64,000 bases of DNA from a virus (taxonomy: Duplodnaviria; Caudoviricetes): positions 27,270 through 91,269 of IMG/VR virus record IMGVR_UViG_3300031555_003108. One strand, 5' to 3'. Made by a program: the position numbers and the translations under genes. The notes beneath the pieces were generated by a model. The model saw only the letters and a program-made list of their open reading frames with translations, made no database searches and was not told the DNA's origin. Each line of letters begins with the position of its first letter. Positions within the stretch are counted from its first letter, which is position 1. This document shows positions 44,709-53,849 of the stretch, piece by piece.

Positions 44709-46013
44709 TTATTTTACATTATCACCGCTAATTCTGGTTAGGGTCAGCTGTGTAGTATAACCATTACTGTTAATGTTGTCTACTTGTTTTGTGACTATAT
44801 AAAGTCCACTTGCGAGGTGTTCATGCCCACCGGGAAATATTATGTTTAGTCGTAGGTACTGCATCAAAGTTGCAGGACGAAGTAATCCTTGAATTGTTAT
44901 ATTTGCAGTAATAGGATATTTTGTAGCCTTAGTCCACCAAACTGTATCTTTAGCAGTGGTATTGAACTCATTAGCCCTAACCATGTAGGTAGGTGAATAA
45001 ATTGTTTCCCATTCGCCTTGTTTATTGAGTCTACGAACATATTCTTCAGAGTGAATCTCGCCTTGATAGTCATAGTATAAAGAGAAGTTTTCATTTTGTT
45101 CAATACTAAAATTACGTACTATTGTCGAAGTATTATAACCGATATCGACTTCATAAGCATCACTATGCTCAGCTGCATAAGACGTTTTAGTAATCTTAAA
45201 ATAAGGTCCGCCTTTTCCTCCGAAGCTGTTTGGGTCATACGTCGTATCTAATATGGTATCATCATGAACCGTTAAGATATAGATATCTTTAGATAGTCCT
45301 GGTTTGGTTCCTGATGGAATCATACAGCTAGCGAGATATGCAATATAGTCGAGAGCTGAAACATTTCGTTTAGAGTCAAGTATAACAGGTTGATCATCAC
45401 CCGCAATAAGCTTATCTAAATCACTTATTCTCATACCGGTAAAAGTATCCTGTAAGCTCTTATTACTTCTAAATAAGCTTTTTATCTTTTCACTTGGCTT
45501 TACTGGAGCACCGGTAGCAAGTTCTGTAATTGTACCGTCTGCTGTAAGAGCTGCACCAGACACTGCCTCTATTTGGTAGGAAATAGAACTAGCTTGTAGG
45601 TTAAAGCCCTGGGTAATTTTTGTAATGATTGCTTCTTCATTTTTATAGGTATAAGATGGAACTGACGCATCACCGTAGGAAAAAATAATTTTACGAGTAT
45701 TACTTATACTGGAAAAAACTTTTTCAAAAAAGTTAGGGTCGTCAAATTGTGTAATAGGATATATAATATTTAGTACATACTGGTTTACTTGCCCGTTTAT
45801 TTTCGTTACGGTAAGGTCTTGGATGTAGTTAGGATATTTTATATTATAAGTAGTATAAAACCCGTTTTTATCCTTTCCGGCCTGTGATTTAGTCTTACTA
45901 TCAAAGATTCCGAAAGTGTAAGTTCCTAGTGTTACCTTTACCCAAGGTACCTGTATTCTAGTTTGGCTTGAGAGTAAGCTTTTTCTTTGCTGTGAAAATT
46001 TTAGTCCTGCCAT
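44709..46013 (-). CDS. baseplate hub-like protein
   Basis: Position; C-terminal SGLYIVTKQVDNI...YTTQLTL typical of hub proteins. Confidence 0.7.
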   Translation of the reverse strand: MAGLKFSQQRKSLLSSQTRIQVPWVKVTLGTYTFGIFDSKTKSQAGKDKNGFYTTYNIKYPNYIQDLTVTKINGQVNQYVLNIIYPITQFDDPNFFEKVFSSISNTRKIIFSYGDASVPSYTYKNEEAIITKITQGFNLQASSISYQIEAVSGAALTADGTITELATGAPVKPSEKIKSLFRSNKSLQDTFTGMRISDLDKLIAGDDQPVILDSKRNVSALDYIAYLASCMIPSGTKPGLSKDIYILTVHDDTILDTTYDPNSFGGKGGPYFKITKTSYAAEHSDAYEVDIGYNTSTIVRNFSIEQNENFSLYYDYQGEIHSEEYVRRLNKQGEWETIYSPTYMVRANEFNTTAKDTVWWTKATKYPITANITIQGLLRPATLMQYLRLNIIFPGGHEHLASGLYIVTKQVDNINSNGYTTQLTLTRISGDNVK

Positions 46014-46339
46014 TAGTTAGTCCTTCCAAAAGTTACACTTGCGATATTTGGAACTCGAAGAATACTATAATGATCTTTTAATGAAACAAAAGAATCCTGA
46101 ATATCATTAAAATACGCGATTACCCACCAATAAGTTGGGTTATTATAGTATTGTAAAGATAGACTATGTAATGTATCTTCTGAAGTTACTTTATGAGAAA
46201 CATACGGACTATCTTTTGATATATTGCTTCCGATGCCATAGATTTCACGTTGTCGTATATCATCAAAATAGTACGGTACATGAGTATATCGGCTCAAGTA
46301 ATCATAGCTTTCATAATTTTTATTTCTTAAAGTATCCAT
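46013..46339 (-). CDS. LysM-domain baseplate wedge protein (gp53-like)
   Basis: H.V...DTL.SLS..YY.NP..WWVIA.FN. Confidence 0.8.
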   Translation of the reverse strand: MDTLRNKNYESYDYLSRYTHVPYYFDDIRQREIYGIGSNISKDSPYVSHKVTSEDTLHSLSLQYYNNPTYWWVIAYFNDIQDSFVSLKDHYSILRVPNIASVTFGRTN

Positions 46340-46342
46340 TGA

Positions 46343-46978
46343 TTAAGCGTCCTCCATTCCCATGCCTTTTCTCATAGATGACACTAGTCCTCTAAAAGAG
46401 CCATTTGTATACACAGTCGAAGCATCATAAGGGTCAACTTCAGCTACAGTAAAGCCTATTCCGACAACAGCATATTTTTCATTTGCTAAAATTGGCTTTT
46501 TATAAGTAACCGTAATTCCACTTGTAACAACACCTTTAACAAACACTTGCCTTCCGAGTCTAATTGCAACTAGTGGCGGCTCGATAGTTTTATTTGTTAA
46601 ATTATATTTTGGTAATGCGATTGCTTGTAGTGATGATATTAATTTATCAGAGTAATCTTCATTGTCATTTAGTATTACACTGCTATAACCAGCATTTGCT
46701 TCATCAATCATATCTCTGTGAAATTCTAGATTAAATTGAACTGTTCTTGGGCCTGCATTACTAAAAGTATAAACAGGTGCAGAGCGACCGAGAGCATTCT
46801 GGTCATTAAAGTTAGATTGCATTTGGTCGGTAACTTCATCGGGATATTGCGGCAAGCGCCAGTATTGAGGCGGCCCGTCTTGAGGCCCAATACCGTCTAA
46901 GTGTGAGATATAAATATAACAGTCAGGAAGTATTCGGTTTTTAATTTCGTTTTCAGTAAAGCTCATTTGTTCTGCCAA
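46343..46978 (-). CDS. baseplate/tube initiator-like protein
   Basis: LGRSAPVYTF...GPRTV.F; follows the tape measure region. Confidence 0.65.
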   Translation of the reverse strand: MAEQMSFTENEIKNRILPDCYIYISHLDGIGPQDGPPQYWRLPQYPDEVTDQMQSNFNDQNALGRSAPVYTFSNAGPRTVQFNLEFHRDMIDEANAGYSSVILNDNEDYSDKLISSLQAIALPKYNLTNKTIEPPLVAIRLGRQVFVKGVVTSGITVTYKKPILANEKYAVVGIGFTVAEVDPYDASTVYTNGSFRGLVSSMRKGMGMEDA

Positions 46979-46992
46979 AGTGTATCCCTCCT

Positions 46993-48684
46993 TTAAACGT
47001 TATATAAATTTGAGTAGATATCTACATTTTCTAAAGTTGTTTTCGCTGTAACTTGGGGCTTCTTGGTCTTTTCATTGATCTCAACTCTCCAGCTTGCATA
47101 AAGCTTTTCCGCATCCTTGTCAGCATAACCTAGTATATCATAAAAGTCAGAACGGCTTTTTTGACCGATTTGCTTAAGGTTACCGCCCGTCTGCTTTTTG
47201 GGGTCAGAGTTGTGCCCTTGATTTTTTACTTTATAAAGAGCCTGATTTGTTCGTTCGTCTATTTTTTCATCAACTACAAATTTTCCACTATTCATCAAAT
47301 AATCATATAGGATCATTTGCATCTTAGGTTCCCAGATACCATCTATTTGAAAACTATAGCCGCAGTCTTCCATTACTTTTTGAAGTCGTTTAATGTTGTC
47401 TGGTGTGGGGTCATTTGGTAATATAACATTTGTTACTAAATACTCTATTAAACGATCTGCAAACGGGTAAGATATGCCTGTATTTAGCGCGAGTAATTGT
47501 AGTTTACTTATAGGCCTGAACTCTCGTGAGTTTAGCTCAGGCAAAGTTGACTGCTTATAAGTTTTCTTTGTCTCAAAGTTTGTAATAGTCGAGTTATTAA
47601 TATACCGCCAACCCGCCGTGTCACTTACCGTATAAAGGGAATCATTGAAGTTACGATAGTCGCCTTCTAAAACAGTAATGCTTGACGTATTAGTAGCAGG
47701 AACTTTTATAAATAATTTAAGTTCGCTTTCTCTCATAGCAACTTCTGACCTTAAAATTTTAGTAGTATCGAATAGCATAGGCGGGCGAATTGCTTCACCA
47801 CTATCAGTTCCAAATATACCTGTTGTTGTACCAAGTTTTACTTTAGTTTGGTTGTTTTCATCATACCAGTTCCAGTGCTTTACATGAAGCTTATCATAAA
47901 TAAATGGTTGGTTAAACAAAGCTTTCGGAATTTTGGTGTACGTCTTTTTAATTAGGTCCATAGCCTTAGTAGATGTATCTAACTTTTCATTATAAAAACC
48001 GCAGAATAATTCTATGCCTTGATAACAGTCTATTGCTATTGTGTAATTTTCAAAAAGTTTTACCGGAAGCATATAAATTTTAAAATTAGTATCATAAGCA
48101 TTTATAGAAATAGCTCTGCTTGGCGTATCTGTATTTTCTTCTTCTAAATTAAGGTTCAACTTTATATTATTGCAAAGTCGATTGCTAAAGCAGTTATACA
48201 TAGACATTAAGTTTATATTTTCATAATCTCTTAAGAATCTCAAATAATCGCCTAAGTACTCATGAGTTTGATAATTATAGAGTGTTGTAGGATTTTTTAA
48301 TGTTTTGGTTAAACCTAAAATTTTATTTCCATTATAGTGGATAGACTGATTGCTTTTCCAATACTTAATTATTTGGTTTTCATAGCTGAGATGCTCATTG
48401 AGGCCCTTACTGAGCCCCAGACTGGCATTCCAATTACTTGTTTCCCAAAAGTATTGCTGTGCACTGCCGTCTTTTAGGTAAGTAATTCCGATAGCAGGTC
48501 TGGTTTTATTTGTAGAAATTACTATTGGCAAGTTAGATTCGATAACTCTCGGATCTTCATACCCATGCTCAGCGTAAAACTTTTCAAATTCCGCCGTATA
48601 AACTTTACAGGTAGGCAGGTTAAAAGAAGAGAGAAACTGCTTCAGATAACCTGTAAATATGTGGTTGTTATTAAATTGTAGCAT
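46993..48684 (-). CDS. structural protein (tail/baseplate region)
   Basis: ORF track; position. Confidence 0.6.
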   Translation of the reverse strand: MLQFNNNHIFTGYLKQFLSSFNLPTCKVYTAEFEKFYAEHGYEDPRVIESNLPIVISTNKTRPAIGITYLKDGSAQQYFWETSNWNASLGLSKGLNEHLSYENQIIKYWKSNQSIHYNGNKILGLTKTLKNPTTLYNYQTHEYLGDYLRFLRDYENINLMSMYNCFSNRLCNNIKLNLNLEEENTDTPSRAISINAYDTNFKIYMLPVKLFENYTIAIDCYQGIELFCGFYNEKLDTSTKAMDLIKKTYTKIPKALFNQPFIYDKLHVKHWNWYDENNQTKVKLGTTTGIFGTDSGEAIRPPMLFDTTKILRSEVAMRESELKLFIKVPATNTSSITVLEGDYRNFNDSLYTVSDTAGWRYINNSTITNFETKKTYKQSTLPELNSREFRPISKLQLLALNTGISYPFADRLIEYLVTNVILPNDPTPDNIKRLQKVMEDCGYSFQIDGIWEPKMQMILYDYLMNSGKFVVDEKIDERTNQALYKVKNQGHNSDPKKQTGGNLKQIGQKSRSDFYDILGYADKDAEKLYASWRVEINEKTKKPQVTAKTTLENVDIYSNLYNV

Positions 48685-48703
48685 ATTTTAATTCCTCTCT
48701 TCT

Positions 48704-51700
48704 TTAGAATGATAATACCCAGTTACCGTTATCTGTTCCATTTGTACCGGCAGTCGGAGTAGTGACACTTGTCGAAGGGTCACCTGTTAATGGGTCAGTA
48801 TGATTGCAATTACAACTTAGTACTGGAGCCCCGCCGTTTCCACTGCCGCTTACTAGCCTTACACGTAAGCTTTGTGAGCCGTGTGCAACTTCTTCTAGCA
48901 GGTTATAAATATTTACAACAGCTAGATTTGCATTAGTAGCAACGTCATCAGCAGTTTCATTTTCTTTTGCTTCAACCATTTGTTTCTTTTTATCGTCTTC
49001 AGCATCTTGTAGCGTTGCGTTTTTAACATCTTCCCCGGAGCTGTTTCCGATATAGCCTGACTCAGAAATACTAGAGCCTCTGAGGTTTTGCAATGGCTGA
49101 GCTGAACCGCGAGCAAGAACTGGAATTTTTCCGTCAGTCTTTATACCAGCACGCCGCAGCATAGTACTTCCAACGAGCGGATTAACTAAGTCGGTTAAAC
49201 CGGTAAATAATGGGCCAAGAGCACCGAGAGCCGTGCCAGCCATAGACGCGACAGACATAAGATCAGCCACAGAGGTATTTAAGTCAACACCAAAGCCCAT
49301 AACGTTTGCAAACGGCAGAGCAATACCTCCACCACCAGTAACGTCTCTTAGCAAGTCAGCCATCTTTGGAAGCGCATATAATATTGGATTACTTGCTTGA
49401 GTACTTGCCATGCTATACATCATGTTGTCCCACATATTGGTCATACCTTCACCAATACTGGTTCTAAACCTGATAGTATTCATCATAGACTCGAGCTGTC
49501 CAAGCATCCCACTATAAGATAAGTCTTGCTTTGAGACCTCTTTAAGGCTAGATGCCAGGTTGGTAGCTGCTCTTAGATCAGACGCTTTCATACCGTAAAC
49601 ATTTGCTAACTGTTGTTGAACAACTTTACTATCGCTGGAGGTCTCAGCAATCTCGGCTAAGTAATTTACCATAGCTTGCATGAGTTTATTAGTCTCGTCA
49701 GCATCTAAGCCTTCTTGTAGGATATCCGCTATAGACATTCCAGCTTCATTTGCAGCCATTATTAACAGGTTGCCTGTGCCGCTTCCAGTAAGTCCTCCAA
49801 CATCACCACTTGTGATTTGACCAAATGTCTGAGCGATACCTTCGACGGCGCTTTTAGACATACCTACCGAATACAGAGAACCCATCCATTTTTGTACTTG
49901 GTACTCAACTTCTGCAGCCTCTGCTCCAGTCATTAATGCCTGCATCTCTTCGAGGCTACTACGAATACCGCTTGCAACTTCTGATAAATATTCAGAGGTT
50001 TCATACATGCTATTTAAGAAGCTATTTAAAGCAGACTCCATACCAAGACGGCCTGCGGTGGTGTCTTCTTGCTGAATACGAATTAGCCTTAAAAGTGTTC
50101 CATCAGCTACGTTAAAAGTATTAGCGATTTTTTCTTGAATTGTCATCAAGAAAGCTCTCTGTTTAATATCAAAAGAAATACCTTTATCAACCAGTTCTTT
50201 TATATTGTCAACAAGTTTTTCTTGTTTAATGAAAGGAGATGCCCCTGCTATCTTTTTTGCATCTTCTAACAGCTGATTCCAATAAGAACCATTACCAAAA
50301 TCACGTTTATTGGCTGTTGACCCTTGTAGACGAGTATCTACAATACCTTGCATAGAAGAAATTTTCTTAACATCTGCGTCAAGCATTTTTGCAAGACTTC
50401 CAGCAGCCTCAGCAAGTAACTCAAACTGTGCTGACAGTTTTGCAGAAGACTCGTCAAGTCCGTCTTCCCCTTTCATTAGCTCTGCAGTACGCTGTCCCAT
50501 GTATTCGCCGTAAGACTGTTTTACATCAACTAAAGAAAATTCCCCGGTACCGAATTTCTTTAGGCTATCGGTTATTCCGCCTACAGCTTCTTTTTTCGCA
50601 GCTTTATGACGTTTTTTCTCTTGGTCTGCTTTATACTCTTCTAAGCTAACTGCATAGTCCCCCGCCTTAAGCAGGTGTTTCTGATACTTTTGCAGATAAC
50701 CGAGTTCTCTTTCTTGTTTTTCTTGGGCTAAAAGCTCATCTCTATGAGCAGCTGTAAATGCAATTTCTGCTTCAAGGTTTGCTTGAGTTTCTAGCTGTTC
50801 CTTTTCTTTGTCCGCTAAGCTTTTTCTTAATTCGTGCTCTTTTGTTGCCAAGATAAGACGTTGATTTAGTTCTTCGTTAGCCGTAAATTCTTTTAACTTT
50901 GATTCTGCATCATTAGCAGCATTAATTTGTTCTATTAAGCTGCCTGCTAAGTCTAGTGTAGTTTGAGATGAGTCTGTTATGTAGTTTCCATCTTCGTCTT
51001 TTGCTGTAATACTATTTAAGTCTTTTGTAATAGTCTCATTTAAACGTGCTGTTGCTAATTTACTTGAGTCCTCGGACTGCTCTTTTGTCAATTTTCTCGA
51101 GCTGTCTAAATACTCACGGAGCCCATCGAACCCTGCAAGTATGGCCTCAGGTGAGTACTTGCCTAAATCAACTCTGTCTTCGTGGCTCATTCCAGCATCG
51201 GAGTATTGACGTTCTTTTTGTTCTTCAGCTTGGACCGCTGGCATACTTACTGACTCGGATGTACTATTTACAGTTGAAGCCTTTGGTTCTGTCTGTGTAT
51301 TTACAGTCGCCGCTTGTATATCTTTCGTAGCTACTGCTTGCGCCAGCTGCTCCTCAGCCCCCGCTAATAAGCTTTTTTCCTTTTGGGTAAAAGCTACTAC
51401 GGTATCTCGTAAAGAGCTAAGAGTGTTGTCAATCGAGCCGACTAGCCCAAGAAGCTCTGCATCAGTCTCATTTGCAGTACTAGCAGCGCTTGCTGTTTTT
51501 GCCTGAGCTGATGAGTTATTTTTAGGAGTAGTAATTGGTTTGCTTACGGGAGCCTCAAATTTTTTACTAGCTACTTTGCGTAATTCTTCTACAGCTTCTT
51601 TCGTTAGCTGAAGCTCTTTTTGAATTTCCTGTTTGCGAACTTTAAACTGCTTTTCAGACAGCTTAAGTCTTATTGCAGCAAGTTCTCTTATTCCCGCTTC

Positions 51701-51916
51701 TTCTTGTTTAAGGAGCTCATTAAGTTTCTTTATTTTGTCTTCCTGCTGTACTGCCAAATTTTTAAATTTTAAGGCAGCAAGTTCCTCCTCAGCCGCCAGC
51801 TCAGCTGCACCAATTGACGCAGTAAGTTTGTCCATTTCGGCTTCATATCGTTTTATACTTTCTACGTCATTTCTTGCATTAAAAGCGTCTTGTTGATTTT
51901 GTTCAAAACCAGCCAC
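48704..51916 (-). CDS. tape measure protein
   Basis: 1070 aa, helical, Ala/Gly-rich; follows the chaperone pair. Confidence 0.75.
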   Translation of the reverse strand: MAGFEQNQQDAFNARNDVESIKRYEAEMDKLTASIGAAELAAEEELAALKFKNLAVQQEDKIKKLNELLKQEEAGIRELAAIRLKLSEKQFKVRKQEIQKELQLTKEAVEELRKVASKKFEAPVSKPITTPKNNSSAQAKTASAASTANETDAELLGLVGSIDNTLSSLRDTVVAFTQKEKSLLAGAEEQLAQAVATKDIQAATVNTQTEPKASTVNSTSESVSMPAVQAEEQKERQYSDAGMSHEDRVDLGKYSPEAILAGFDGLREYLDSSRKLTKEQSEDSSKLATARLNETITKDLNSITAKDEDGNYITDSSQTTLDLAGSLIEQINAANDAESKLKEFTANEELNQRLILATKEHELRKSLADKEKEQLETQANLEAEIAFTAAHRDELLAQEKQERELGYLQKYQKHLLKAGDYAVSLEEYKADQEKKRHKAAKKEAVGGITDSLKKFGTGEFSLVDVKQSYGEYMGQRTAELMKGEDGLDESSAKLSAQFELLAEAAGSLAKMLDADVKKISSMQGIVDTRLQGSTANKRDFGNGSYWNQLLEDAKKIAGASPFIKQEKLVDNIKELVDKGISFDIKQRAFLMTIQEKIANTFNVADGTLLRLIRIQQEDTTAGRLGMESALNSFLNSMYETSEYLSEVASGIRSSLEEMQALMTGAEAAEVEYQVQKWMGSLYSVGMSKSAVEGIAQTFGQITSGDVGGLTGSGTGNLLIMAANEAGMSIADILQEGLDADETNKLMQAMVNYLAEIAETSSDSKVVQQQLANVYGMKASDLRAATNLASSLKEVSKQDLSYSGMLGQLESMMNTIRFRTSIGEGMTNMWDNMMYSMASTQASNPILYALPKMADLLRDVTGGGGIALPFANVMGFGVDLNTSVADLMSVASMAGTALGALGPLFTGLTDLVNPLVGSTMLRRAGIKTDGKIPVLARGSAQPLQNLRGSSISESGYIGNSSGEDVKNATLQDAEDDKKKQMVEAKENETADDVATNANLAVVNIYNLLEEVAHGSQSLRVRLVSGSGNGGAPVLSCNCNHTDPLTGDPSTSVTTPTAGTNGTDNGNWVLSF

Positions 51917-51942
51917 TTAAGATTTACCTCCTAATAAAATTC

Positions 51943-52171
51943 CTACCTGGATTGCGCGCTTTGTCGAGCTTCTTCAAAAGCTTTTTTAGTAGCGTCATTT
52001 TTTGCATTAATATTTTCAATTAAATATACTCGTTCTGTGTAGGATAGATCAAGTACATCTGTGTAGCTGGTATGTAAGCTATCACTTATATACCAGCATT
52101 CTTTGACTATTTCTTTAAATCGTTTTGGGCCGTAAGGCGAGCCGTCATTAGATGTTTGTGGGTCTAAAAAA
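51943..52171 (-). CDS. gp51-like small chaperone, probably the frameshifted C-terminal extension of 52148-52915
   Basis: SYTDVLDLSYTERVYLI motif; no RBS; entered via TTTTTT. Confidence 0.6.
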
Positions 52172-52915
52172 CTCGGGCCCGAAGCGAAAGAAGGATGTAA
52201 TTTCTTCACCGCACTTAGGACAATTTACATAAAGGATATTCTCTAAGCCGATAAGAGTGTTTAGCTTATCAATATTATTTAATATCTTTTGTAAGTCAAG
52301 CGCCGGCAGCTTGTCGATAAAGCTCTCAAGCTCATGTTCAGGTTTCTTTTCGCCATCTACATAGTCTATTGCACAAAGAAGCTTTACAAGAGTCTCAAAA
52401 TCAATTGTAGCCGTCTTATACTTACGCTTCATTTCTTTAACTTTAACTTCCATCTCCTCAGTCATTCTAGGAGTATTAAACTTTAGAGTAACAGTTCTAC
52501 CGCTCTTAGGAAGTACAAAAGTTCTGTGATTATTAATTTCTTCTTCATCAAAAGGCTTAAGCTCAATATTGCCGAGCTTTGCTGTTGTCTCTACGATTTC
52601 ACCACACTCAGGACATTTAAGAGTAACCTTGTAGTCTTCCCCATAAGTTACAATTCTTAGCTTGTGGAGTAAGAACTCATAATCGCCCAAACACATATCA
52701 TAAACGTGAATAGTGGGTTTTTCAATAAAGCAGTCTTCAATAATATCTGCGAGTGTTTTTAAAGGCGTGCTTGAGGGAGAAAGTCTCTTCATCTCATCTC
52801 TCGCAGTCATGCTTCTGAGCTCTACATGAGGGTCTACTTTTGCTTCATAAATCTTACCACCGGAGGGAAGTTCATAACCCTCCATAATAGTGTAGTTAGT
52901 GTTTCTTTCTGCCAT
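52148..52915 (-). CDS. T4 gp26-like baseplate hub / tail assembly chaperone
   Basis: ELPSGG..Y, LRSMTARDE, LR..TYGE, CPECG, CPKCG, terminal FF. Confidence 0.8.
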   Translation of the reverse strand: MAERNTNYTIMEGYELPSGGKIYEAKVDPHVELRSMTARDEMKRLSPSSTPLKTLADIIEDCFIEKPTIHVYDMCLGDYEFLLHKLRIVTYGEDYKVTLKCPECGEIVETTAKLGNIELKPFDEEEINNHRTFVLPKSGRTVTLKFNTPRMTEEMEVKVKEMKRKYKTATIDFETLVKLLCAIDYVDGEKKPEHELESFIDKLPALDLQKILNNIDKLNTLIGLENILYVNCPKCGEEITSFFRFGPEFFRPTNI

Positions 52916-52940
52916 AATAAATTTACCTTTCTTTTATATC

Positions 52941-53105
52941 TTAGATTTCGCGGTTTTCAAAATACTTCTCAAGAATTTCACGAATCAGCGCAGAAACTGT
53001 TATATTTTTTCTTTGTGCTGCTTCTTTTAGCCTTAATACGAGAGGCCGTGAAGATTCAAAAGTTTGTATTACTTTATCGCTTCTATCTACTTTTTTTCGT
53101 CCCAT
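52941..53105 (-). CDS. ribbon-helix-helix DNA-binding protein
   Basis: LKEAA..KNITVSALIREILEKY; likely start MGRKK. Confidence 0.75.
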   Translation of the reverse strand: MGRKKVDRSDKVIQTFESSRPLVLRLKEAAQRKNITVSALIREILEKYFENREI

Positions 53106-53150
53106 AAACAGTTGTCCTTTCAATTATTATTTTGTCCTGGAACAATCATA

Positions 53151-53162
53151 TAATTTAGCAAA
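53151..53162 (-). promoter_or_regulatory. late promoter TTTGCTAAATTA
   Basis: Consensus match. Confidence 0.75.
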
Positions 53163-53197
53163 AAATAAATAGATTTATTAAATTTATTTGAAGAAAA

Positions 53198-53229
53198 AGA
53201 AAGATACTAGCTTATTCTAGTATCTTTCT
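53198..53229. terminator. intrinsic terminator after tail tube
   Basis: AGAAAGATACTAG...CTAGTATCTTTCT. Confidence 0.8.
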
Positions 53230-53245
53230 TATGTTTTAATTAATT

Positions 53246-53827
53246 TTAGTCTGCTTCATTCATGACAGCACGGTCATACTGAATAGTCGCAGTAATTGCG
53301 CGCTTACCATCGTTTTCTTTATCAAAAGCATCCTCAGACAGGGCGCTAATCCAGCAGCCATAAAGTGTCCAGCTTCTGACCTGTTCATAATCCTGAGTAT
53401 ACTCGACGAGCGTGCAGTTACGCTTATAGTCGACCATACGTCCGCCCTTGCGAGTGTGTACGTTATAAGCGAGTCCCTGCCAAGCCATAAGAATAGACTT
53501 AGTATCAACACCAACAACGTCATCAACTTTTATAGAGCCAGCATTGAATGTAGGCGTTCCAGCAAAACGAATAGTCTCATTACCTCTCTTATATTCAAGA
53601 ACACCGAGTTCAAAGTGAGGAACATCTGAAGTAAGTACATTAAGTTTAAGTACTTCTTGTGCCTTAGCAATTTTATCAGTAGCAGGTGCAGCAGCGTGAT
53701 CTCCAGTATAAGTTGCTTTTATAATATTATCAAGGTTATCAACAATTAGTGAGAAGAAACCTGTTCTAGCTGCTTCGTAATTCGCAAGATTCGTACTAAT
53801 GTGTTGAGCATCTAAACTATTTGCCAT
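53246..53827 (-). CDS. tail tube protein (gp19-like)
   Basis: FAG.PTF, YKR...L, W.L.GCW, TIQYD; follows sheath. Confidence 0.85.
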   Translation of the reverse strand: MANSLDAQHISTNLANYEAARTGFFSLIVDNLDNIIKATYTGDHAAAPATDKIAKAQEVLKLNVLTSDVPHFELGVLEYKRGNETIRFAGTPTFNAGSIKVDDVVGVDTKSILMAWQGLAYNVHTRKGGRMVDYKRNCTLVEYTQDYEQVRSWTLYGCWISALSEDAFDKENDGKRAITATIQYDRAVMNEAD

Positions 53828-53849
53828 AATATATTAATCTCCTTTCAAA

